DNA of 64,000 nucleotides from Octopus vulgaris. Taxonomy: Eukaryota. The position numbers and the translations under genes were made by a program. The stretch spans positions 130,510,001-130,574,000 of the forward strand of contig OX597816.1 of the NCBI GenBank assembly GCA_951406725.2. Reading direction: 5' to 3'. Shown one piece after another: positions 52,403 to 64,000 of this stretch. The notes below the pieces were generated by a model. The model made no database searches. It saw only the letters and a program-made list of their open reading frames with translations, and was not told the DNA's origin. How positions within the stretch are numbered: the stretch's first letter is position 1; each line of letters begins with the position of its first letter.

Positions 52403-53558
52403 ACTATTCTGTGTGTATATATGTATAAATATGTATGTTTATATGTATGTGTGTATGAGCGTAGGCTCGAAACGTTAAATACTTTTTCAATTCCCGAGCG
52501 TTATGTTTTGTTTTCTACACCACCTGTCTTCGTCTTTTGTTTTCTTTTTTTGTGAATTCTCCCTACACACACATACATATCTATGTGTCCCATGCTACAC
52601 ACATAAGAATTACACATTTCAAACACAAGTGTAAACACACAAATAAACAAACACATACACACATTCGTGTGTGCGTGTGTAGAGAGAAACAAAGGGAAGT
52701 CGGCAGAGAGAGAATGAGTGTGAGGTAGAGGTAGGGAAAGAAAAACATTGGGTAGAGAGTGCGAAGCAATGTATTCTCTTGTATGGTAAAAAAAATAATA
52801 GATCATTGAATTCAGCTCTATAATTCGTAAAATAAAGTTGAAACAGAGGCATAAAACGGACTGTTTTGTTTGTGCTATCATCAAACGAAAATATGCGTGT
52901 GTGCCTTTATATTGCCTGTGTTTTTCACCACTTGTGTTTCAGTTAATTTTTAACTATATATTTCATATAATGGCATAAAATTGTAACTTGTGTAACCAGT
53001 GTCAGTATAAATGATGATGGTTTCAGTAATTAAAGGGAAGAGCGGCGAATCTGCTGCAATGAAATTGAAATATTAAATTATTTTCTTAGTTCTGAATCAT
53101 TTACTATATAATGCAATATATTGTTTGCATGCATGAAAGTATGTGTGTATGTATGTATGTATGTATGTATGTATGTATGTATGTATGTATGTATGTTTGA
53201 GTGCTAGATAGATTGCGTTGTGATAATCGCGGCAGCTCTGCATTCTGTGTTCAAATTCCGCCATAAAGAACATTCACTTATTCATATTACTAACATATGA
53301 AATAAGGCTTTCGCTGATAAGTTATACAGCATAACTTAACATAAGAGTATTGGAAGAAAACCTACTGATTAAAAAGAAGCAATGCAATTGTAACACTCTA
53401 TGCTTATACTTCCTAGAGATTCCTGCCAGAAAAGGAATTTCACAAATATAATTTTATGCGACTTTGTCCTAATGAACGTTTGAGGCCACAGTAGCATAAG
53501 GAACTACAAAGAAGGAAAAATAAAAGAGCCCACAAATTCAAAGGAAGAAGGTTGACAG

Positions 53559-54145
53559 AAGGCGGCGAGCTGGCAGAAACGTTAGCACTCTGGGCGAAAT
53601 ACTTAGCGGTATTTCGTCTGCCGTTACGTTGTGAGTTCAAATTCCGCCGAGGCCGACTTTACCTTTCATCCTTTCGGGGTCGATAAATTAAGTACCAGTT
53701 ACGCACTGGGGTCGATGTAATCGACTTAATACCTATGTCTGCCCTTGTTTGTACCCTCTATGTTTATCCCCTTGTGGGTAATAAAGAAATAGGTATTTCG
53801 TCTGCCGCTACGTTCTGAGTTCAAATTCCGCCGAGGTCGACTTTGCCTTTCATCCTTTCGGGGTCGATAAATTAAGTACCAGTTACGAACTGGGGTCGAT
53901 GTAATCGACTTAATCCCTTTGTCTGTCCTTGTTTGTCCCCTCTGTGTGTAGCCCCTTGTGGGTAGTAAAGAAATTGGTATTTCTTCTGCTGTTACGTTCT
54001 GAGTTCAATTTCGCCGAAGTCAACTTTGCCTTTCATCCATTCAGAGTCGATAAATTAAGTACCAATTATACACTGGGGCCGATATAATCGACTTAATCCC
54101 TTTGTCCTTGTTTGTCTTCTCTATGTTTAGCCCCTTGTGGGCAAA
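53559..54145 (+). mobile_element. SINE family B tandem trimer
   Basis: One head plus three ~190-bp body units, each starting GGTATTTC. Confidence 0.92.
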
Positions 54146-54865
54146 AACAAAAAAAGAAAGCCCAAAGAACTGAATGTTATAGAGTAGAAGAAAAGAAGAC
54201 AATGGTAGTAAGTTCCAGAGAGCAACAGTTGGAGGAAAGAAGCTACAAGAATTAAAGGAGCTATGCCTAATAGGAAGCTCAAGAGAGAAACGATGCGCCT
54301 GGCAAGAGAAGCGAGTAACACGTATAAAGGTCTTGACAAAGATCTAGACCAGAATGTTCATTAGAGCAATGTCCATAGAAATACTTATGGAAAGGACAAC
54401 GAACATACATTTCGACGATGAGCCAAAGACAAGCCTAGTAGAAAGAAGACCCACTATATTAACAACTATATTGCCTCCCACCACCGCCGATTGACAACCG
54501 GTGTTGGTTTGTTTATATCTCTGTAACTAAGCACTCTGGTCAAAGATATCGATAGCACAAGTACTGGGGTCAATTTCTTCGACTAACCTCTTCAAGGCGG
54601 CTCAAACATGGACGTGTATTAAGGCTACCATTGGTCTCATGTTAAGAAAAGGAATGGTGTTTATCTCCATTTTGGATCCAAAATTGAGACGAACACCAGT
54701 CCTCCACGTGATCGGCTTGAAAAATTGTTAAGATATTAGGGATATTAGGGTATTTTCTTAACATAAAACCAATAGTAATATACAAATAATAATACTTATT
54801 CTCTCTCTCTCTCTTTATATATATATATATATATATATACATATATATACATATGTATATACAAG

Positions 54866-54939
<74 letters not shown>

Positions 54940-55111
54940 TATACATACATAAATACATACATATATATATGTATGTATTATTCTTATACAAGAATGTTGT
55001 TGACTGTGACTTCAGCCAGCTAAGCCGTCGTCGGTAATAAATTTGCACTCTACTAAAGTATAAAGTAACACATCAGATTAATGTAAAATTGTTTTTATCA
55101 TATCCGACCAG

Positions 55112-55328
55112 AAGGCGGCGAGCTGGCAGAATCGTTAGCACGCTGGACGAAATGCTTAGTAGTATTTTGCCCGTCGCTACATTCTGAGTTCAAATTCCGT
55201 CGAGGTCAACTTTGCTTTCACCCATTCGGGATCGATAAATTAAGTACTAGTGAAGTACAGGGGTCGATGTAATCGAATAGTCCCCTCCCCGGAAATTTCA
55301 GACCTAGTGTCTATGATAGAAAGGATTA
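55112..55328 (+). mobile_element. SINE family B
   Basis: Head and Meta-like domain. Confidence 0.88.
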
Positions 55329-56434
55329 TATCAGAACAGAAACACACACATATATCCATGCGTTCATGCAAGATATATATATATATATATAAATCCATTC
55401 ATACACACACATGCAAATATGTGTTGCACGGAGTTTTTTTTTTACTACACTTTATGTGATATTAGTTGTGAATCTGTGTCTTGAAAGCCTTATCTTATCA
55501 CTGTTGCAAACATCTCAACTGGAATTTCATACTACTACTTCAGACAATTATCACTGTTCAAATAAATAAACAAAAGCAATAAATGTATAAAAGAAAGAAT
55601 GAGTGAAGAAAAACAAGAATTATGTAGTCCTTGTCTGATCAAGGAGACTTCAGCTAGTACAAAGGAAGTCAAAGCTTTACTGATGTCCTTAAGTGTAATT
55701 ATTGAAACATTCCTAACGACCTACGATCATCAAATAATATACAAAGAACTACCAACCTTCCTTGTCTGTTCATGGACAGTCACGTATGTAGCTGACACAT
55801 TATTGTACAAACTCTAGTAGGCCGCCATGCAAGCTGAAGCATGGACTCCTTAAATACTGGCAAATTTATCGGATTATGAGCGCTAATAAGCCCACAATTT
55901 CCTCCAGCGCAAACACACTAAGATCGGTTGAATAGAAGCTAAACAGAAACCACTGCAAACAAAGACTGTCGTCTGCCAAAATATAAAACGGAAAACGTGA
56001 GATGACAGAGAGCTGGTAGTGAACAAGATATTTTTCTCTTGTCCGCTGTTTATTCTTTCTATTTGTATGTGTTATTTTCTGAGTAGTGGGGGTAGTGTTA
56101 GAGATCATGTAACAACAGTGTGTTCTGTGAAACTTGGTTTTATTCATATCGACATGAGTAAGGTCTATGTGAATAAGGAGGGGTGTCTTGCTTCAGTGAA
56201 TATAATTTTTTGAAAATATACCATGTATATACGTATGTATGTATGTATGTATGTATGTATGTATGTATGTATGTATGTATGTATGTATGTATGTATGTCA
56301 TTATTCAGTTAATTTCAAGATTTCTTGCCAATAATAAAAATAAGTACTGGAATTGATCAATTCGATTAAACCTTTCAAGGCAGTGCTCTAGCACGGTGCA
56401 GTCCAATGGTGACGATATACATATGTATATCTAA

Positions 56435-56469
<35 letters not shown>

Positions 56470-56831
56470 TGTATGTATGTATGTATGTATGTATGTATGT
56501 ATGTATGTATGTATGTATGTATGTCATTATTCAGTTTATTTCAAGATTTCTAGCCAATAGAAAAAGAACCGGTTTCTAACCTAGATTCAAGGTTCCTTCA
56601 TTAGAATTTCAACATCAACAACAGGGTATTTTTGTTTGTATGTATGTATGTATGTATGTATGTATGTATGTATGTATGTATGTATGTATGTATATAACTA
56701 TTTCAAGATTTTCTGCCAAACGAGAAAGAACCGATTTCTAACCTAGTTCCAAGGCTTCTTCACATGTGTCTGTCTGTCTGGATATATGCATGCCTGTATA
56801 CACAATGTACATTTGTGCATGTATATATATT

Positions 56832-57226
56832 TGATTTTGATTTTGATTTTTCCAGATTCAGCTAATGAGCTGTGGCCATGCTGGGGCACTGCCATTTGGT
56901 TTGCTACACGATTTTACCTCACGGATGCTTTTTAGCAAACGCCATCTGATGCATGAGAGAGTTCGATGCAGCTGCCCTCATCTGCACCTCCTGCCGTGAA
57001 GTTGGTTCATCCGGGACACCTGACAGGAAGAGGTCCAGTCCTACTTTAAAGACATCCGCATCTACACCATGTAGGTCCCTCAGGTTCTTTGGGAGGATAT
57101 TGAAAAGCTGTGGGCCTCTGAAGCCCAGGCTATCACAATATCTTGTCCTACATCTTGATGGCAAATTTGGAGTCCTTGGTACTACGCAGTGGCGCCCGGT
57201 TCTGGCATTTGTGTGACTCTCGATAC
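56832..57226 (-). mobile_element. CR1-type LINE 3' fragment, same family as 20128-21040
   Basis: CRTRYCDSLGFRGPQLFNILPKNLRDLHGVDADVFK...VPDEPTSRQE, with the same 3'UTR and an (AAAATC)n tail. Confidence 0.92.
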
Positions 57227-57482
57227 CAGAACGTACATTATGCGTGTGAATGTGTGTATGTGTGTATGTGCATCTGTGTGAGTGTTTATATATGTGAACG
57301 CTCTCACATATATAGTTAAAGGTGCTTGAAAAGTGTTTTATTTCAATGCCATACCATAGGTTTCATGTTAAGAAAAATATCTTAATAACTTAACAATTTT
57401 TCAAGCCGATCACATGTCTATCACGTACATAGAAGAGCGCACACGCATGTACTTGCTTGCATCCCTCATACACATATATATG

Positions 57483-57526
<44 letters not shown>

Positions 57527-57699
57527 CGTAAATGTCGAACAACAAGAATGAGTGCTCAACACCGCATTGGTGGATAAAATTTCTTTATTTTGTATTAAGG
57601 CTACCACCAGTTTCATGTTGAGAAAAATATCATAATATCGTAATAATTTTTCAAACATTTTGGTGATGCAAACAGGAAAAACAGGACTCAAAACATGAG

Positions 57700-57751
<52 letters not shown>

Positions 57752-57879
57752 TTTTATTAACATTTATTAGAAGTAATAGCTTCTGCTAAATATTAACATA
57801 CACATACACACATATATCTTTTACTTGTTTTAGCTCTAGAGGTGCGGCCATGCTGGTGCATTGCCGTTATATATATATA

Positions 57880-57925
<46 letters not shown>

Positions 57926-58377
57926 GAGCTATTTAGTTAAAGTTCATAAAAGTAGCTTTGTTCTCAAGTAGCTGAAGTACCTACCTTGTATGTGTTTGTG
58001 TTTGCGTACATGTAATACACATACACACACACACACACACATACTTACAGCCATGCTCTGATTCCACGTCTTATCATCACCACAATGCCATTTCTCTTCC
58101 CACCTACCACCTGCAGTGCGTTAACTACGATTTAATTACTTAAAATAACAAAAGAAACCGTATGTAATCCAAGCCTGTCAGGAATTCCGAAGAATTCAAT
58201 ACACAATATCATGCTTAATTACAGACGGAATAGTTTTTGATGCAGTTCCTCTTTACTTGCCAACGCAACGCTAATCAGACTTGGTAAACTAGCGTGGCGC
58301 CAATTCCAAACGATGAAATCTTCAGCATTATTCATCACATTTTAAAAAAGACTTTACTTCGCATCGCGTCACATAAC

Positions 58378-58453
58378 TTTACCGTCGGAGCATAACTGTT
58401 AGTTTCCAATCTGAGCATATAGCGCGCGCGCGTGTGTGTATGTGTGTTTGTGT

Positions 58454-58487
<34 letters not shown>

Positions 58488-58620
58488 TCTAGGATCTCGG
58501 GCATCCTCCATCCGATTGCGCTCAAATTTGATATGTAGATACCGACGGTATCAGGGCGTGTATAAGTCTTGAAAAAATTACAAAAATCGATTCCAGGTGA
58601 GAATGCAATCGATAAAGCCT
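58378..58620 (+). mobile_element. Helentron/DINE-1-like (HINE) fragment
   Basis: Short leader, GT-rich microsatellite, then CCGATTGCGCTCAAATTTG, an arrangement resembling DINE-1-like elements. The end is not defined. Confidence 0.45.
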
Positions 58621-59362
58621 TGGGAATGTACATTTGTACGCGCAAGTACATCAGGAAGGTGGTTTACAAGGCTGCGCTCCACTAGCTTTTCCATGCCCTT
58701 GAACATCCCGTAAATTAAGTTAGCTTAAAATTAGTTACTTAGTTCCCTAGGTTGTTGCTTTTCATCAAAAATCGCCCCATGTTGATTTCCTACATGTTTT
58801 ATCGGATAAACTTATTATTGTCCCAGGTACGTTCTTATAAATTTATCATGCTTTTCCATCTAGATTTACCTCCAGCTAACCCATTTGCATGCATCGTTTT
58901 TGTCCTGCTTTTCTTCCGTCGACCTGTACATAACTGCACCTTCCATTTTTTGTTGTTTTTGTACTGCTTAAAGGCATGTTTCTTTCCTGTCAAGCTTACT
59001 GTTTAAACCATGTTTGTGTCCTCCCAGTCAACAGCCTTATCATTACTGGTACTTTAATCTCTTCGGTTGCATATTTGTGTGAATTAAATCGGTTTTCTTT
59101 GGAATAGAGAAAAGTCTATCTTTATTTCTTCTTTTGCTGGTGTCTCAAATTTAGGTTAAATCAGTGTTTCTCAAAGGGACGGTCGGACAAGTTGTTTTGA
59201 GAAAATTTGGTTTAAATGTTTGACAACTCAGCACCATCCACTGGACGGGATATATTATAGAAATATATACGCATAGTATATATATATATAAATACACACA
59301 CATATATATTTAAACAGATACATACGTACAATATGTATACGCGCACACACACGTGTATATAA

Positions 59363-59441
<79 letters not shown>

Positions 59442-59625
59442 CACATACATTCATACATTTGCATACGTATGTATGTATGAATAGATAGACAGGTAGGTAG
59501 ATAGGTAGATAGATAGATAGATTGATAGACAGACAGATAGATATAGATATATACGTTCTGACATCCGTATATGCTTTTCCACTGTTTCACTGTATTACTT
59601 GTATCATCTTATCGGCGTACATACA

Positions 59626-59670
<45 letters not shown>

Positions 59671-59743
59671 TACATACTTGTGCCTCAGAGGGTAACTCTC
59701 TAGGTGCAAACCCATGGTCAGTGTCTGACCGAAGGGGTTCACC

Positions 59744-59793
<50 letters not shown>

Positions 59794-59948
59794 TGCGCGC
59801 GCACAGTATACCTTTTCCTTCCAACCAATGCCTTCTATTTCTTGCTGATCTCATACTCTCACAGTTTTCTCTCTCCCCATTACATGTATGTATGTGTGTA
59901 TATGTGTGTGAATCTATGTATATATATATATCTAAATACATACATACA

Positions 59949-60026
<78 letters not shown>

Positions 60027-60184
60027 CAATTGAGGATAAAATCTTAAAAAAAGAAATTATCAGTAGTCAGCGTGAAAAACCTCGTAAGAGAAAAAATCCG
60101 TAAATTCTTCCTCTTTGAAAATATTCATTTATATTATATTGAGATACCTCTTAGCGTGTTGGTATCTACGAATAGTAGTACCCT

Positions 60185-60228
<44 letters not shown>

Positions 60229-61060
60229 GGAAAGAGAGAAGGAAAGAGAAAGAGGCTAGTAATGAACAGATAGCTACTGGAAGGAAGTGCTAATACTGTC
60301 TTGGAATATTACACAATGATATTAATTTAGTGTCCCAAATCAATTTTCCCAATGAGCTTGGAAAGTTTCAAAGAATTAGAATGGTTCGTAAACGAAGATA
60401 GAAATTAGTTCACCGACTCTTAATCGAGGAGCTAGAGCTTGTATTAATGACATTAAATCTGTGATCATTGTAATATTTGGTTTAAAATTTAACCAAATTT
60501 CACTTCCACTCGACAGTGCTATTTGTTGAAACTAGGCCGTACCAGCTTCTGATGACTTTTTACCGTTCGCATCGGACAAATCATTAAGAAATTATTTACA
60601 CACTAAATTAAGTTAAACACCATTAAACATCACTCACTAATAAAGAGTACTTAGTGCCCAAAGCGTCAGATTTTTCTCTCTTTATCATGGCACAATAATG
60701 TACTACACCTTTGAATTGCTTATACAGTTACTCACTAACTACCAACATAAACCAATACAATTTTTCTCGTGCCCTACTTTTTTACATTTAACAGTTTTAT
60801 TTTTGTTTTCACATAACTACATTAACATATGTAACACCATTTTAATGTATAGAACACTGACAGCCGCTAATTATAATCACAGGTAATGTCATCAGTCGAT
60901 TACTGTTATCAAATTTAGGTACGAAACTCTTGAATTGCTTAATGTTATAAGCCTCTTATCATTGCCGAAGAGCGACCGCTAATGAGCGGCTTTCGCTGCA
61001 TTATGAATACTGAATGGATATTGTATTGTTTAATGACTTGATAGTATTAATAGTAGGTTT

Positions 61061-61235
61061 AAGGCGATGAGTTGGCAGACGAGTTAACACGCTTAGTTCA
61101 AATTCCGCCGAAGTTCACTTTGCCTTTCATCCTTTCGGGTTTGATAAAATAAGTACCAGTTAAGCACTGAGGTCGATGTAATCGACTTACCCACTCCCCC
61201 GAAATTACTTGCTTTGTACCAAAAGTTGAAAATAA
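61061..61235 (+). mobile_element. SINE family B, internally deleted
   Basis: Head remnant plus Meta-like domain. Confidence 0.8.
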
Positions 61236-62106
61236 TATGATATTAAGCTGATTATTTCCGTGTATATCATTAAAAAGAAAGCAACAGTAGCAACATATTT
61301 GAGAGAATTTTCTGAACAAAAACAACCAGAACAACGGGGTAAATTACTTCCATCTTACTACTTTACCTTTTAAGCTAAAGTTAATTTTCTTGAAATGCCA
61401 AGTATATACAGATATTTCGACGATAAAGTAAAAAGAAAAAGAAAAGGTCTTGTATAAACGTAGGAATAAACCGTAAAAGTTCTTTCATTTGAAAGATTTT
61501 AATTCAAAGGTTAGGTTGAAAGAACGAGAAATTGAAAGCTGTTAGATTCAAATGTCACACATGGATAGAGTAATTTGTGTGTTTGTGTGTGTGTGGAGAT
61601 GCGCATTCGAGAAAATTTTACAAACATCGTAATGAAGCTACTGCAACACCTGCAAAAATGAAGAGTAGGTGCTAGAAAAAAAAAAGTGTTTGTTAGATAT
61701 CTTGTAGTTTGGCCAGATGTTTAATTTATTCGCAGATAGTATTACTCTCTTTCATAATTTCAGGATAGGTATTGAGTAGAATAGACTGCTCTTAAGTTTA
61801 ATGTCTCAGATGTTTTGGTCAACATATTGGGATTCCACTCTTCCACCGAAACGCAAAAATATATTTTAATTTATATAGACTTGTATAAACTTGGGACATA
61901 TATATAGAGTTGCTCCTGCCCACATGCGCAGGCATAAAACTGATAAATGTAGCTCAAGGACTGAAAATTTTGTTTTTATAAGTGCCATGGACAAAACTCT
62001 TAACCACTGAATCACTTTGTAACTTGCTGCTGATTAAAAATAATAAAATATATATGTATTCTTGTATTAAGTTCTGTGTGTGTGTGTGTGTGTTGGTGTG
62101 TACGTA

Positions 62107-62164
<58 letters not shown>

Positions 62165-62165
<1 letters not shown>

Positions 62166-62370
62166 CCTTTCTACTATAGTCACAAATCCTGAACTTTGGA
62201 GGAGGGGATAGTCGATTAGATCAATCCCAGTACACAACTGGTACTTGTTTTATCGACCCCGAAAGGATGAAACTATGAAAGTCGACCTGGGCAGAATTTG
62301 AACGTAAAAACGGGTGAGATGCCACTAGGTATTTTGCCCGACGTGCTAACGTTTCTGACAGCTCACCGCC

Positions 62371-62430
<60 letters not shown>

Positions 62431-62850
62431 GGTTTTGAGTTCTGCCTCAAGGGCAACCATTTTTGGAAAGGGGATGAGTCGATTATATCGACCCCAGTGT
62501 TTTACTGGTACTTAATTTATCGACCCCAAAAGGACGAACGGCAAAGTCAACCTCGACGGAATTTCAACTCAGAATGTGCAAACAGACGAAAAGCTGCTAA
62601 GCATTTCGCCCGATATGCTAACGATTCTGCCAGCTCGCCGCCTTAATAATAATAATAATCTGGCTCAATGCCAGCAAATTTGAGGTTTGGGGAATTGATT
62701 ACCTTGATCCTAGTGCTTAGCTGGTACTTATTTTGTCGAACCCAGAAAAAAAATGAAAGAGAAAAATCGACTTCGCTGACATTTGAACCCGGAACGTAAA
62801 GACGGACGAAATGCCGCAAAGCATTTTGCTTGGTGTGCTAACGATTGTGC
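62165..62850 (-). mobile_element. Three family-B SINEs separated by (TAA)n
   Basis: Heads at about 62372, 62645 and 62850 on the minus strand. Confidence 0.82.
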
Positions 62851-62859
62851 TAGACCTAA

Positions 62860-63125
62860 CAAGGTACATGACCACGGCGTTGTCAGAATAATCTGCGATA
62901 TGCCCATCAAAACTAACAAAGAGATCAAGGTGAACCGTTCGGACACAACGAAAAAAAAAAAACGGAAAACAAAAGTAATATGTACATTGATAAATGGGGA
63001 AACTGTCAAAATACAAGGATATTGAAATTGAAGTATTGAAGATGCAAGGCGTGAGGATGAAAATGGTACCATCAGAAATTGGAACATTAGGCACGATTAA
63101 AAGAAATATGAAAATAAACATTGCA
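62860..63125 (+). mobile_element. R4/Dong-clade LINE C-terminal (restriction-like endonuclease) remnant
   Basis: IICDMPIKTNKEIKVNRSD...KLSKYKDIEIEV...MVPSEIGTLGTI resembles the R4/Dong WDxxIxTD...NRPD...KYxDL...VPxxIGALG pattern. Confidence 0.72.
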
Positions 63126-63210
63126 GCCACACCAGCGCTCACAACACCACAGCAATGTATAACTATAAACGTGATGTTGGTGATTCTATTTCCTTCTTTG
63201 GACTTTTCCT

Positions 63211-63245
63211 TTTTCCGACGAAGATCTATTCTCGAAACATCAAGA
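63211..63245 (+). ncRNA. Decayed minimal hammerhead motif related to the 22.3-23.1 kb family
   Basis: TTTT-CCGACGA-A-GATC(TATT)CTC-GAAAC-ATC-AAGA in similar pyrimidine-rich flanks. Confidence 0.4.
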
Positions 63246-63780
63246 ACTCTCTCTTTTTACTGTGAATCAAACTAATCTATTCCATGTGCGGATTCTCTTG
63301 TTTATTTTTAATGTTTGTGTATTTGATTTGACTCACAACACTACACACTGCTCCGAAAACAGCTTTGTTAGGAAAAACCCACATCATGCGAAAGACTATC
63401 AGTTCAACGGCATAGATCAAATAGAACACCTTTCTCTCTGTCACACACACACACACACACAGAGCACAGCATGTACAACTGGCATTTAATAGTCAAAAAC
63501 AACATAACTTACCCAACATACTACTCAGGATTAAGGCTCAATAACATAACACAGCTCACATGACATGTGCCTCACACGACAGAGCACACTAATATAACAA
63601 ACAAACAAACAAACAAAAAAACTAAGCTCATTTCAAGCTGGAACAATACACTAACAGAAGGAGTCAACACTCCTCCAATCCACACAGAAATAAGAACACA
63701 ATGTCGCACACCCCTCAGGAACGAGGAGGTGCATCGGGTTTTGCAGTAGGAACTTGCACGAAATTACAAAAGAAAAATTT

Positions 63781-63834
<54 letters not shown>

Positions 63835-64000
63835 ACAATAATGAGGTAGTTTTGATGAAGCATTGTTAGGTATAACTTTACAGAAGGTTGTTGTGTAAGA
63901 CCGGAACAAAAGAAACTAGAAAAGGAAAGGAAAACAGAATAAAGTTACAGTTTTACCATGTATTTCTATATTTTGGGGTGAAGACATTTGGAAAAAGCGG

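Noticed and set aside
55599-55817. 72-aa non-repetitive ORF MSEEKQELCSPC...
   Set aside because: Short, with no recognisable domain or splice support.
60549-60575. CTGATGA
   Set aside because: No paired stem II followed by GAAA.

Overview
AT-rich, microsatellite-saturated animal DNA. The SINE families and repeat landscape look like an octopus (coleoid cephalopod) genome; this is recognition, not a database result. I find no intact host protein-coding gene, and almost all ORF-track entries are translated simple repeats. The window reads as intron or intergenic sequence. It holds (i) many copies of at least four tRNA-derived SINE families; (ii) decayed DNA transposons (two mariners, a DD41D-like Tc1/mariner, a Tigger/pogo, hAT-Charlie, MITEs); (iii) LINE fragments (CR1-type, R4/Dong) and Penelope-like (PLE) fragments; (iv) several long fold-backs; (v) a diverged 27-bp satellite with a 500-bp higher-order structure; and (vi) a few unique islands, including a candidate minus-strand exon at 3871-4015. 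The most notable signal is a set of about 11 minimal type-I hammerhead ribozyme motifs, some intact and some decayed, from several distinct repeat families. One sits in a tRNA-headed element with a PLE-style inverted partial duplication (44262-44669), and one sits at the apex of a ~320-bp fold-back (9462-9785). SINE and LINE boundaries are approximate.
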